Part shown: piece after piece, positions 52,800 through 64,000 of the stretch
Layout of the letters: every line of letters starts with the position of its first letter
Numbering within the stretch: the stretch's first letter is position 1
Assembly (NCBI GenBank): GCA_049627345.1
Contig: JBMZXF010000001.1
Coordinates: forward strand, 12,635 to 76,634
DNA length: 64,000 nucleotides
Direction of reading: 5' to 3'
Source: Poseidonia sp.
GTDB taxonomy: Archaea > Thermoplasmatota > Poseidoniia > Poseidoniales > Poseidoniaceae
Notes under the pieces: model-generated
The model's input: only the letters and a program-made list of their open reading frames with translations
Databases searched by the model: none
Told to the model about the DNA's origin: nothing
Translations under genes and position numbers: made by a program

Positions 52800-53582
52800 A
52801 TGCAACCCACCAGCGTATACACCCGAGACCGTTGCGTGACGGGCATCCACGGATTGGATGAAATCCTGCGCGGCGGGATTCCTTACGGTTCGACCGTTTT
52901 GGCCGCCGGAACGTGCGGTTCAGGCAAAACCACCCTCGGCATGGAATTCCTTGTTCGAGGTGCACTGGCGGGTGAAGCCTGTGCGCACTTTACGGCCACG
53001 GAACCCTCCGTCAAACTGCTCGAAAACATTCGCCAGTACGCCTTTTTTGACATGAACATGGTCGATTCGGGCCTGATCAACGTTTTTGACATGGACGTGC
53101 TGTATTCTTGGTTGGGCCTTGACAAGGCCTCCTTTGATCTGGATGACGTCCACGCCCTCATCAAATCCATCGTTGACATCGTCAACACCATCGGCGTAAC
53201 ACGCTTGGTGATTGACTCGGTCACCACGCTTTGTTACAAGATCAAATCGGAACAGTTGATTCGAGATTTCTTGTTCACGCTTGGAAAGAAACTCGCCACG
53301 CTTGGTTGCACCACCATCCTGATCTCTGAGATCACATCGGCCACCGAAAACGCCCACTGGTCGTCCTTCGGTGTGGAAGAAGCCATCGCCGACGGCATCA
53401 TTGTCATGGGCGACTCCGAGCGAATGGGCCACTTGCTCCGCTTCCTCCAGGTCGTGAAGATGCGCGGTACATCGCACAGCCGGGCCAAACACGCGATTGA
53501 ACTCACGCCCCTGGGTGTGATGCTCATTCCGATGTTGAAATGGGGTGCGTCAAGCGACAACACCTCTCGATGGGGGGCTTGA
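52800..53582 (+). CDS. KaiC/RAD55-family single-domain ATPase
   Basis: TGIHGLDEILRGGIP, GTCGSGKT, LVIDS, ISE, ADGII, VVKMRG. Confidence 0.92.
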   Translation: MQPTSVYTRDRCVTGIHGLDEILRGGIPYGSTVLAAGTCGSGKTTLGMEFLVRGALAGEACAHFTATEPSVKLLENIRQYAFFDMNMVDSGLINVFDMDVLYSWLGLDKASFDLDDVHALIKSIVDIVNTIGVTRLVIDSVTTLCYKIKSEQLIRDFLFTLGKKLATLGCTTILISEITSATENAHWSSFGVEEAIADGIIVMGDSERMGHLLRFLQVVKMRGTSHSRAKHAIELTPLGVMLIPMLKWGASSDNTSRWGA

Positions 53583-53584
53583 GC

Positions 53585-54169
53585 ATGTTTGAACTCGACC
53601 AGATGATCGCCGAACAACTCACTCAGGTCTCCTTGGGAAGTTCCGTGCAGGTTCGCTTGAGTTCGGCGAATGCGTTTGCCGTGACCGCCAGCACCATGAT
53701 TCCTCTGATGCAGATGTTTGAGATGGGCGGCGTCTACATTTCTGCCAGCCGAGGTGCTGTTGAAATCATTCAAGCCTTCGAGGCCATCGGCGTCGACGTC
53801 TCAAACATTCATTTCCTCGACCTCGTTTCTTCGGGTGTTCTCGGTGGAACGGATGTGCCCTACAACAACATCACCTTCATTGACAGCCCCATCATGCTGG
53901 AAAGCATCCTGCTGCGCACCCTTTACACGCTGCGTACCGTGAACAACCAACGCAACTTCGTCTTCCTCGACAGCGTGAACGCGCTGGCGATTTACAACGA
54001 CGACCGCATGCTCGCCGAGTACCTTCACACCTTCATCAACACCTTCCGCCAGCGCGAGGTGCTTTCGGTCATCCTCAATGTTCCAGACCAAACACCGCCG
54101 CTGGTGCTGGCGAACTTGGACACGTACTGCACGGACCTGGTCGACCGGGGGCAAGTGGTTCTCCTCTGA
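53585..54169 (+). CDS. inactivated RecA/KaiC-fold protein
   Basis: GVYIS, IHFLD, VFLDSVNALAIYN; no Walker A lysine. Confidence 0.7.
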   Translation: MFELDQMIAEQLTQVSLGSSVQVRLSSANAFAVTASTMIPLMQMFEMGGVYISASRGAVEIIQAFEAIGVDVSNIHFLDLVSSGVLGGTDVPYNNITFIDSPIMLESILLRTLYTLRTVNNQRNFVFLDSVNALAIYNDDRMLAEYLHTFINTFRQREVLSVILNVPDQTPPLVLANLDTYCTDLVDRGQVVLL

Positions 54170-54177
54170 GGTGATGA

Positions 54178-54984
54178 ATGATGGCTCGTAAAATGACATT
54201 TGATCCCGAAGATGAGGAGTTCTTTGGCTCCGTTGGTTCCTTTGGTGTGCCAAAATTTGACAACGAAATGCGCGGCGGTGTGCCTCGAGGTTTCACCATG
54301 GTCGCCTTCACCGAGACGGGTTCGGGAAGCGAACTGTTTGCAAAGCAATTCACCTCGCCGGCCGAGGAGCCCGAAAACACCCTCTACATCGCCACCGATG
54401 AAGGTCAGCAAGAAATCATTCGAATTTTCAAGAAATACAACTGGCCCCTTGATATCAACGTCCGCACCATCGGTGAGGAATACAACGCCAACGTGCTGGA
54501 GCGAGAGCTCCTGGCCAGCCGGTACCGGTTGGAAGGGTTCCAGTTGGACGACATCCAGCGTCTTGCTCAAACCCGGTTCGTCGACGACAGCAACCAGGAC
54601 TACCTCACCGAGGTCACCAACGAAATCATGGGGCTTGGGCCTTATTTCAGGGCCGTCCTCGACAACCTGGACTTTTTCCTCCAGCGTGAGGACCCGGCTC
54701 GCGTGATCTCCATGGTTCGTATGCTCCAAGCCCACGCACAAATGGTCCGTGGCTTGCTCATGATTTCGGTGTCCACCGACGGTCTTGACCCGGCCATCAA
54801 GCAGGAATTGTCGTCCATCGCCGACATGGTGTTGTCGTTCAAGGTTCGAACCATCGGTACGGATTTTGAGAACTCGATGATCGTCTCAAAATTCAGAAAC
54901 GCTCCGGAGAACCTCAAGATTCTCGTGTTCCGAGTTACGCCTGAAGAGGGCATCACGCCGGAAACCGTGGAACGTATCGCTTGA
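54178..54984 (+). CDS. KaiC/RAD55-like protein with degenerate Walker A
   Basis: FGVPKFDNEMRGGVPRG, TETGSGSE (no Lys), IADMV, VSKFRN. Confidence 0.8.
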   Translation: MMARKMTFDPEDEEFFGSVGSFGVPKFDNEMRGGVPRGFTMVAFTETGSGSELFAKQFTSPAEEPENTLYIATDEGQQEIIRIFKKYNWPLDINVRTIGEEYNANVLERELLASRYRLEGFQLDDIQRLAQTRFVDDSNQDYLTEVTNEIMGLGPYFRAVLDNLDFFLQREDPARVISMVRMLQAHAQMVRGLLMISVSTDGLDPAIKQELSSIADMVLSFKVRTIGTDFENSMIVSKFRNAPENLKILVFRVTPEEGITPETVERIA

Positions 54985-55006
54985 CGGGCGCTGTGGACCA
55001 AACGAC

Positions 55007-55786
55007 ATGTCCAAAACGGTCGGGGGCTCGCCGTCCATCATGGGGAAGCGAGCAGCGACCGGTGGCTACGACCCTTCGGGCATCGATGCCGACGCATGGG
55101 AAGTGCTTGAGGGGCAGCTCGAAGCCACCATCCCCAATTACGACCGCGTCAACACCTGGATGACCTTCGGCCAAGACAAGCGCTGGCGTCGAAACGTCCG
55201 AAACCATGCTGAGCCCGGCATGAAGGTGCTCGAAGTGGGATGCGGCCCCGGCTCGTTCGCTGAGGATTTGGTCGGGATGGAACTGACTTGCCTCGACCCC
55301 TCGCCTGAGATGCTCGCCACGGCACAACCGCGGGTTGATGCAGCCCGTGCGGCACGCGGTGAGGGTCCTGCTGAATACGTCCAGGCCATTGCCGAAAACA
55401 TCCCGCTGCCCGACAACACCTTCGACATGGTCTTCTGTCTGTTCTCATTTCGAGACTTCCAAGACAAAGCTCAGGGGTTGAAGGAAATTTATCGTGTACT
55501 CAAACCCGGTGGTCGGCTGGTGATTTGTGACGCAGGGAAAGCCAACAAGCTGCACGGTTTCTTTGGGTACCTGTGGATGAACAGCGTGGTCCAAGTCATG
55601 GCGCGCCTCATTACCAGAGAGAAAAACCACCCATGGAAAGGGTTGGCCGCCAGTTATACGCACTACGGTACCAACGGCTACTACCGGAACATGCTGCGAG
55701 ACGTAGGATTTTCCAATGTTCAGGGGCGCCTTCTCTATCCGTTTGGCATGGCCAGTCGGTTCCGTGGCACAAAGCCCGAAAATTGA
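55007..55786 (+). CDS. menG: UbiE/MenG-family SAM-dependent methyltransferase
   Basis: NYDRVNTWMTFGQDKRWR, VLEVGCGPG, LPDNTFD, RVLKPGG. Confidence 0.8.
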   Translation: MSKTVGGSPSIMGKRAATGGYDPSGIDADAWEVLEGQLEATIPNYDRVNTWMTFGQDKRWRRNVRNHAEPGMKVLEVGCGPGSFAEDLVGMELTCLDPSPEMLATAQPRVDAARAARGEGPAEYVQAIAENIPLPDNTFDMVFCLFSFRDFQDKAQGLKEIYRVLKPGGRLVICDAGKANKLHGFFGYLWMNSVVQVMARLITREKNHPWKGLAASYTHYGTNGYYRNMLRDVGFSNVQGRLLYPFGMASRFRGTKPEN

Positions 55787-55852
55787 GGCCAACAACGCAC
55801 CCCGTTAGACTCTTAAACCCCCTTTCGGTGCGAAAATCAACAGGTGTTCTTC

Positions 55853-56170
55853 ATGGGTATGTCCGAAGTCCTTCGAAGCATCAAGACGGCCGAGCAAGAC
55901 GCCGAAAAGCGACTTGCAGAGGCCCAAGAAGAAGCCTCCAAAATCCTCTCTGATGCCCGTCGAAAAGCATCCGAGATGGTTCAAGATGCCGCCGATGAAA
56001 CGGTGGCCATGACCCAGAAGATCCTTGACGACGCACGAGCCGAGGCTCAAGGCGAAGCCGACCAAGTCAAAGCGACCGGGGCCGGCGAAGTCAGCAAGAT
56101 TGAATCCAACTCCGCAAGCAACCAAGACGCCGCCGTGAAAATGGTGGTCGATGCACTTTCATCCGAGTGA
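55853..56170 (+). CDS. atpH: A-type ATP synthase subunit H (peripheral stalk)
   Basis: EVLRSIKTAE coiled coil, first gene of the operon, TATA CTTAAA at about 55812. Confidence 0.85.
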   Translation: MGMSEVLRSIKTAEQDAEKRLAEAQEEASKILSDARRKASEMVQDAADETVAMTQKILDDARAEAQGEADQVKATGAGEVSKIESNSASNQDAAVKMVVDALSSE

Positions 56171-56179
56171 GGCGATACC

Positions 56180-58231
56180 ATGTTTGACACGGTCGCCATG
56201 TCTCGCCTGACGGTCGCAGCCCCTGTTGACCGTATGGCGGATGTGCTGCGGACGTGCACCAACCTTGGTTGCGTCCACATCGAGTCTTACACCAATTTTG
56301 AAGACGGGGTGAACGTTGGCCATGCCAGCGATTCCGAAGAAGCCAATCACGTCAGTGCCCTCCTCGCAAAGGTCCGGGCCGCCATTTCCGCCTTCAAGCC
56401 GGTGAACGCCGACGGACCCGTCCCCATCAAGCGAGTCAAGGAACTGCTCGAAGGCTCCTTTGCTGACGAGCTCCAAAAGGGCCTTGACCTGCTCGACACG
56501 CACCGAGATGCTGAAGCAGAACTCGACGTCCTCGACGAACAAATCCACCTCTTGCGTCGCCTTGAACCCTTGGACATGGACCTTGAGTTGTTGTCCGGCT
56601 CAAGCCGCGTCGAGGTCTACGTGGCCGAGACCAAAAAATCCAGCAAAGCGGCCAGTGTGTTCGGCGCCCTTCTCCAAAAGGTCGAGTTGGCCGCCGCCCC
56701 AGGTATCGTGGCCGTCGCCTGCCTGCCCTCCGAGGGCGCCGAGGTCCAGATGGCCCTGGGCGAGTTGGGCGGTAAGCCCGTTCAAATCCCCAACATGGGC
56801 GGGACGCCTGCTGAGGCTCTGAAGTCGCTCCTCGCCAAGCGAAGCAAGGTTGAGGGCACCATGTTTTCCGCCTCCGAAGACGCCGAGCGCTGGGCTCGAA
56901 ACAACGGGCGAAACATCCTTGCCATTCACGAATACCTCGTCAAGGAAGACGGCATTCACACCGCACCAACGCAACTCGCTGTTTCCGGACAAGCTTTTGC
57001 GCTCGATGCTTGGGTGCCAACCGAAAAGGCCGGTACCGTGAAGGCCGCCCTTAAGGAGTACGCCTCGCACATGGAGGTCGAGGCCTTTGTGGACGATCAC
57101 CACCACCACGACGACGACCACGATGACGATCACGGCCACCACGAGCCCACGCCGCCCGTGGCCTTGGAGAACGGCAGTGTCTCCCGTCCGTTCGAATTGC
57201 TCGTCGGGCTTGTTGGCCGCCCGGCCTACGGCACCTTTGACCCGACGTTCTTCATGATGCTGACCTTCCCGATCATCTACGGCTTGATCCTCGGAGACTT
57301 TGGGTACGGCCTCATCATCTTCCTGCTCGGCGTCTACTTCGGAACCAAACCCTTTGCCGCCGATCCCGTGGCCAAGAACGGCATCACCATTCTGAAGTGG
57401 ATGGGTGTTTGGTGCATGATTTGGGGCTTTTTGTTCGCTGAAGGCTTTGGATTTGTCTGGGACGACACCGGACGGATGGGCGACGCCTCACCGCTCGCAG
57501 GCTTCTATGCTTGGACCTACGACAACATCACCTTCCCCGGTTTCGTTACTGACACTCTTCGCATGAACTACACCCACATCCCCTTCCACCGAGCAACCAG
57601 CTCCATCCAAGAGTATGTGTTGCTCTCCGTCTACCTTGGCATCGCTCACCTCATGTTCGGCTACATCCTTGGCTTCATCAACGTCGTTCGCGCACATGGT
57701 TTCCTCGCTGCCTTCTTTGAGAAGGGCAGCTGGATGATCATCCTGATCGCCGGAACCGTCCACATTTACGGCTTCTTGACCGGCGAGCATGCTGTCTTGG
57801 ATTTGACGCTGTACGCCATGGCCATGCTGGTCGGCGTGGGCTGCCTTATCATCGGCCTCGCCATCTACGAGAAGTTCGGCTGGGCTGGCGGCATCATCAT
57901 GGGTCCCATCGAGACCTTCGGCCTGCTGGCCAACACCCTGTCCTACCTGCGTGTCATGGGCGTCGGCGTCGCCGGTGTGAAGATCGCTCAGGTCTCGCTC
58001 GACATGGGTTGGGACCTCATGATGTCCGGTGGCGGCGTCGCTACCATCGTGTTGGGTCTCGTGCTCTTCCTTTTCATACAGGCCTTTGCGCTCGCCCTTG
58101 GCATCCTTTCACCGAGCATTCACGCAGCCCGTCTCCACTTCGTCGAGTGGATGGGCAAGTTCTACAGCGGCACCGGTCGGGTTTTTACCCCGATTGGCGG
58201 TCGCACCCTCCATACGGAGGGGCAATCATAG
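56180..58231 (+). CDS. atpI: A-type ATP synthase subunit I (a)
   Basis: DPTF, GDFGYG, NTLSYLR, HAARLHFVEW. Confidence 0.95.
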   Translation: MFDTVAMSRLTVAAPVDRMADVLRTCTNLGCVHIESYTNFEDGVNVGHASDSEEANHVSALLAKVRAAISAFKPVNADGPVPIKRVKELLEGSFADELQKGLDLLDTHRDAEAELDVLDEQIHLLRRLEPLDMDLELLSGSSRVEVYVAETKKSSKAASVFGALLQKVELAAAPGIVAVACLPSEGAEVQMALGELGGKPVQIPNMGGTPAEALKSLLAKRSKVEGTMFSASEDAERWARNNGRNILAIHEYLVKEDGIHTAPTQLAVSGQAFALDAWVPTEKAGTVKAALKEYASHMEVEAFVDDHHHHDDDHDDDHGHHEPTPPVALENGSVSRPFELLVGLVGRPAYGTFDPTFFMMLTFPIIYGLILGDFGYGLIIFLLGVYFGTKPFAADPVAKNGITILKWMGVWCMIWGFLFAEGFGFVWDDTGRMGDASPLAGFYAWTYDNITFPGFVTDTLRMNYTHIPFHRATSSIQEYVLLSVYLGIAHLMFGYILGFINVVRAHGFLAAFFEKGSWMIILIAGTVHIYGFLTGEHAVLDLTLYAMAMLVGVGCLIIGLAIYEKFGWAGGIIMGPIETFGLLANTLSYLRVMGVGVAGVKIAQVSLDMGWDLMMSGGGVATIVLGLVLFLFIQAFALALGILSPSIHAARLHFVEWMGKFYSGTGRVFTPIGGRTLHTEGQS

Positions 58232-58262
58232 TCCCATGGACAACAAACTGGAGGTAGAAAAA

Positions 58263-58580
58263 ATGAACAAGAATACCCTGAAAACGAGCCTGCGCACCCT
58301 GATCGTTCTGCTGACCGTCGCCTTGGTCGCCCAAGGCGTCGCTGCTGTGGAAGAAACCACGACGGACAGCGGTGCAACCGACGGAATGACCGGCGACGTT
58401 GGTGTCGGCCTGGCCCTTGGCCTCGCTGCCATCGGTGCTGGCTTCTCCCAAGCTGCCATCGGTAGCGCTGCCATCGGCATGATCGCCGAAGACGGTAGCA
58501 AGTTCGGTTACGGACTGATTTTCACCGCTCTCCCTGAATCCATTGTGATTCTCGGCGCACTCCCGCTCTTCCTCAACTGA
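58263..58580 (+). CDS. atpK: A-type ATP synthase subunit K (c, single hairpin) with N-terminal signal-like leader
   Basis: GLAAIGAGFSQ...ALPESIV; SD GGAGG before ATG 58263. Confidence 0.92.
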   Translation: MNKNTLKTSLRTLIVLLTVALVAQGVAAVEETTTDSGATDGMTGDVGVGLALGLAAIGAGFSQAAIGSAAIGMIAEDGSKFGYGLIFTALPESIVILGALPLFLN

Positions 58581-58639
58581 GGACGAACGGTGGACGGGTG
58601 GGCTCTGCCCACATCGAAAACGAAGACGGAGACGATACG

Positions 58640-59203
58640 ATGACCCTTGAAACACTTGCCAACGACATCGCTGCTGCTGCTGAGAAAGACGCAAAAGCGC
58701 TGATCGCTGAAGCCAAGGCCGAAGCCAAGCAACTGCTGGCCGATGCCGAAGCCAAAGCCAGCGCCCTGCGAGACGAAGCACAACAGCGAGCAGAAAAAGA
58801 AGCCACGCAGATTGCACGAGAAACCGTAGCGAGCGCCCGACAGTCCAACCAAAAGGACGTGTTGATCGCTCGCCGCAAGGTGCTTGACGCCACCTACGAG
58901 GCTGCCCGAAACCACATCGCCGACCCCGGCATGAAGGGACGAGCAGCGCTTCTCAAGACCCTGCTGTCCCAGTCCAAGAAACTGGCCAAAGGCAAGTTTG
59001 TGATTCTGCCCGTTGAGGTTGACCGCGCGGCCATCTCGAAAGAGGCCGGCGACCGAAAGGTTGGCGAAAGCGTGGACGGCCTGGGTGGCTTCGTGCTTGA
59101 GGCCGAAGACGGGTCGGTGTCGTTTGACATGCGATTTGACAACATGCTTGAGCGAGCCTGGTCCAACCAGCTCGCCGCCGTGAACGAAACCCTGTTTGGA
59201 TGA
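58640..59203 (+). CDS. atpE: A-type ATP synthase subunit E
   Basis: MTLETL...coiled coil...LGGFVLE...FD; position in operon. Confidence 0.9.
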   Translation: MTLETLANDIAAAAEKDAKALIAEAKAEAKQLLADAEAKASALRDEAQQRAEKEATQIARETVASARQSNQKDVLIARRKVLDATYEAARNHIADPGMKGRAALLKTLLSQSKKLAKGKFVILPVEVDRAAISKEAGDRKVGESVDGLGGFVLEAEDGSVSFDMRFDNMLERAWSNQLAAVNETLFG

Positions 59204-59216
59204 AGAAGGTGAGAAG

Positions 59217-60257
59217 ATGATGCTCGGCAACACCCCCTATGTCGTCTCACGTGCCAAGGCACGACGACAGAAGTTGGCAGACCGCGCACGTCTACGACAA
59301 CTCATCAACCAGTCCGTGGACCAGTTGACCGTGGCCGTGGGTGACCTCGGCTACCGCACTGAAATCGACTTGTACGCCGGGAAACTCGCCGGCGGCGACC
59401 TCGTGGAAGCAGCACTGACGCACAACCTGGAATCCGAATTGACGCAGATGGTCAACATGACCAACAAATCCATTCGGCCCCTCATTGAGATCTACACGTC
59501 TCGCTTTGAGTATCAAAACGCCAAGGCGGTCTTCCGTGCGATTCACAACGAAGTTTCGGTTGAAGAAGTCGGCAACAGCATCCTCCCTGAGATCAACGAC
59601 GTGAACACCCCTTGGCTCAAGGTGGTGGAAAGTTGCGACGACATGAAGTCTGCAGCGAACCTGATGCGTCGCAAGGCCTTCGGGCCTGCCCTCGCCAAGG
59701 TGCCTGAAGACGGTCGTCTCTCGGACTACGAAGATGCGCTTGACCGCCACTACTACGCTGCGTCCCTCAAGGCGCTGGGTCAAGCCAAAGGCGCACCTGC
59801 TCGCTTCCTGAAGCAGTTGTTCGCCGCAGAAATCGATCACACGAACATTTCGAACATCCTGGAAGCCAGTGCGGTTGGCATCGACAACGAACGTTTGGTA
59901 TCACTGTTGATTCCAGGTGGGCGACTTGTGCCTAAGCGTGCGTTCTCCTCCATCGCCACCGGTGGGCGAAGCGCCATGTTGGATTTGCTTCGCAGCGCCA
60001 ACAAGTTCGATTACGCCTCGTTTGAATCCGCCCTTGAAGAAGCCGAAACAACCCGAAGCCTCGACACGGTCGTCACCTGGATGAACGCACGGGAGCATGA
60101 CATGATGCAACGGATGAGCTACCTCCATCCCGTATCTGCCCTCCCCATCATCTACTACATCGCCATGAAAGTCCAGGAGGTCTCTGACCTTCGACTCATC
60201 GTCCGTGGACGACTGGCCGGTTTGTCGGCCGCTGTGCTCGAGGCGCATCTACTCTGA
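59217..60257 (+). CDS. atpC: A-type ATP synthase subunit C
   Basis: YVVSRAKAR, EID..N, LIPGG, EV.DLRLI.RG. Confidence 0.9.
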   Translation: MMLGNTPYVVSRAKARRQKLADRARLRQLINQSVDQLTVAVGDLGYRTEIDLYAGKLAGGDLVEAALTHNLESELTQMVNMTNKSIRPLIEIYTSRFEYQNAKAVFRAIHNEVSVEEVGNSILPEINDVNTPWLKVVESCDDMKSAANLMRRKAFGPALAKVPEDGRLSDYEDALDRHYYAASLKALGQAKGAPARFLKQLFAAEIDHTNISNILEASAVGIDNERLVSLLIPGGRLVPKRAFSSIATGGRSAMLDLLRSANKFDYASFESALEEAETTRSLDTVVTWMNAREHDMMQRMSYLHPVSALPIIYYIAMKVQEVSDLRLIVRGRLAGLSAAVLEAHLL

Positions 60258-60268
60258 GGTGATGATGA

Positions 60269-60568
60269 ATGGAGATTGCAGTCGTTGGTTCTCCGGCCTT
60301 CACCCTTGGCTTCCAGCTCGCTGGGCTGTCAAGCCTTTACAATCCAGACGGCGAAGAAGAACTGCACACCACGCTTCGCTCCCTACTCAACAACAAGTCC
60401 GTTGGTATCATGGTGGTCGACTCCGCCGTGATGGCCACGCTGCCCGAACGATTGCGAGATCAATTGTCGGCGTCCGTCTCCCCCACCGTGCTCGGCATCG
60501 GTACGGAGGAAGACACCACCTTGCGAGACACCATTCGCAAGGCCATTGGAGTCGATTTGTGGAAGTGA
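60269..60568 (+). CDS. atpF: A-type ATP synthase subunit F
   Basis: EIAVVG...GFQLAG...[10 protein letters not shown]. Confidence 0.95.
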   Translation: MEIAVVGSPAFTLGFQLAGLSSLYNPDGEEELHTTLRSLLNNKSVGIMVVDSAVMATLPERLRDQLSASVSPTVLGIGTEEDTTLRDTIRKAIGVDLWK

Positions 60569-60599
60569 AGTTCCAACCCAAAAACAGGAGGAAGAAAAA

Positions 60600-62339
<1,740 letters not shown>

Positions 62340-62346
62340 GGAGAGG

Positions 62347-63732
62347 ATGAAGATGACTGGAAAAGAATACCGAACCATTACCGACGTCAAGGGCCCACTG
62401 GTCTTTTTGAACAAAACCGAGCCCGTTGCGTTTGGTGAAATTGTCACGCTCCGTCTCTCCAACGGTGAGATCAAGAACGGTCAAGTGCTCGACACCTCCG
62501 ATGACCTCGTCATCGTCCAAGTGTTCGAAGGCACGGCCAAAATCAACCGAGACACCGGTGTCACCTTCATGGGTGATGTGTTCAAACTCCCCGTGAGCAC
62601 CGACCTCGTTGGACGCATTCTTGACGGCGCAGGTCGCCCCCGAGACGGCGGTCCTGAAATCGTCGCCGAGGAGAAGGCCGACATCATTGGTGCGGCCATC
62701 AACCCCTACAGCCGACAGTCGCCTCACGACTTTATCCAAACGGGTATTTCGGCCATCGACTGCTGTACGACGCTCGTTCGTGGACAGAAGCTCCCGATCT
62801 TCTCTGCATCGGGTCTTCCACACAACGACATCGCCCTGCAAATTGCCCGACAGGCCAAACTCAAGGACTCCGATGAAGAGTTCATTGTGGTGTTCTGCGC
62901 CATGGGTATCACCGCTGAAGAGTACAACTTCTTCCGTTCCGACCTGGAGCGCACCGGTGCACTCGAGAACGCTGTGTTGTTCGTCAACCTCGCTGACGAC
63001 CCCGCTGTCGAGCGAATCATTACGCCACGTCTTGCTCTGACCGCAGCTGAATACTTGGCTTTCGAGAAGGACTACCACGTGCTCGTCATTTACACGGACA
63101 TGACCAACTACTGCGACGCACTTCGTCAAATCGGTGCTGCTCGTGAAGAAGTTCCAGGACGACGTGGTTATCCCGGATACATGTACACCGACTTGGCCAT
63201 GCTCTACGAGCGTGCAGGTATCGTGAAGGGCAAGAAGGGTTCCATCACCCAATTCCCAATCCTCACCATGCCCGGTGATGACATCACGCACCCAATTCCT
63301 GACCTTTCCGGCTACATTACCGAAGGCCAGATTGTGATCAGCCGTGAGTTGCACCAGCAAGGTATCTATCCGCCGATCAACGTGTTGCCATCGCTTTCCC
63401 GGCTGATGGGTTCATGTATCGGTGAGAAAACGACTCGCGACGACCACAAGAAGGTCAGCGACCAGATGTACGCTGCCTACGCACAAGGCCGTGAACTTCG
63501 TGGCCTTGTCGCCATCGTCGGTGAGGACGCCCTCAACGAGCGTGACAAGCAACTGCTGGATTTCTCCGGTGTCTTCGAAGACAAGTTCCTTCGTCAGTCC
63601 CGCGATGAGGACCGCACCATTGACGAGACTCTCAACCTCTGCTGGGAACTCATGGCAAGCATCGACACGAAGTACCTCGTCCGTCTGGATGAGGAACTCA
63701 TCAAGAAGTACCACCCAGACAACAAGGCTTGA
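62347..63732 (+). CDS. atpB: A-type ATP synthase subunit B
   Basis: [30 protein letters not shown]. Confidence 0.98.
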   Translation: MKMTGKEYRTITDVKGPLVFLNKTEPVAFGEIVTLRLSNGEIKNGQVLDTSDDLVIVQVFEGTAKINRDTGVTFMGDVFKLPVSTDLVGRILDGAGRPRDGGPEIVAEEKADIIGAAINPYSRQSPHDFIQTGISAIDCCTTLVRGQKLPIFSASGLPHNDIALQIARQAKLKDSDEEFIVVFCAMGITAEEYNFFRSDLERTGALENAVLFVNLADDPAVERIITPRLALTAAEYLAFEKDYHVLVIYTDMTNYCDALRQIGAAREEVPGRRGYPGYMYTDLAMLYERAGIVKGKKGSITQFPILTMPGDDITHPIPDLSGYITEGQIVISRELHQQGIYPPINVLPSLSRLMGSCIGEKTTRDDHKKVSDQMYAAYAQGRELRGLVAIVGEDALNERDKQLLDFSGVFEDKFLRQSRDEDRTIDETLNLCWELMASIDTKYLVRLDEELIKKYHPDNKA

Positions 63733-63768
63733 GGGCCAACGCAAGCATCAACAAGGAGGTGAGGAAGC

Positions 63769-64000
63769 ATGGCATTGGACATCAAACCAACCCGTAGCGA
63801 ACTCATCAAGCTGAAAGGTCGCATCAAGCAGACCAAGAACGGCTACAAATTGCTGAAGATGAAGCGTGACGGTCTCTTCCACGAGTTCCGAACGCTGCTC
63901 GCTGAGATGATCGAAGCCAAGCGTGACTTGACCGCGGCCTACCGTTTGGCCAAGACGCGTATCGACTTGGCCAACGCCATCGAAGGTGGTTTGGCCGTTC
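63769..64000 (+). CDS. atpD: A-type ATP synthase subunit D (partial, runs off window)
   Basis: MALDIKPTRSELIKLK...GYKLLKMKRDGL; SD GGAGGTGAGG. Confidence 0.93.
   Translation, partial: MALDIKPTRSELIKLKGRIKQTKNGYKLLKMKRDGLFHEFRTLLAEMIEAKRDLTAAYRLAKTRIDLANAIEGGLAV

Noticed and set aside
52800-54984. Cyanobacterial-type circadian clock
   Set aside because: Single-domain KaiC-like proteins, no KaiA/KaiB and no Ser-Thr phosphosite pair.
48454-55000. Possible genomic island integrated at tRNA-Ser
   Set aside because: No integrase, no duplicated tRNA 3' end (att) noticed, and composition matches the flanks.

Overview
Gene-dense, moderately GC-rich archaeal chromosome segment. Archaeal markers are rpoK, purP, the aroA'/aroB' 3-dehydroquinate route, a GHMP shikimate kinase and an A-type ATP synthase operon. 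Together with aerobic respiration genes (ctaA/ctaB), many acidic membrane-anchored surface proteins and bacterial-type genes (orn, tdo), they suggest Marine Group II Euryarchaeota (Poseidoniales); this taxonomy is inference. About 59 CDSs and one tRNA-Ser(GCT) are supported. No CRISPR array, integrase, transposase or rRNA was seen. Most notable: (i) a three-subunit molybdo-flavo-Fe/S enzyme closely resembling 4-hydroxybenzoyl-CoA reductase (HcrCAB), with MoeB, MocA and XdhC maturation genes nearby; (ii) a pilin-like/lamin-tail protein followed by three KaiC/RecA-fold proteins (one intact, two degenerate), divergent from a ~980-aa surface protein; (iii) a DUF4350-MoxR-DUF58 operon preceded by two perfect 9-bp inverted repeats; (iv) an orphan Asp->Glu pseudo-receiver; (v) a membrane-anchored protein with a 207-codon tandem YfaP-like duplication; (vi) an aromatic-biosynthesis operon carrying its own aspartokinase; (vii) a recurring non-canonical TTTGA TATA-like box. 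Many start codons were moved downstream of the ORF-track starts. All family assignments are motif recognition, not database searches.
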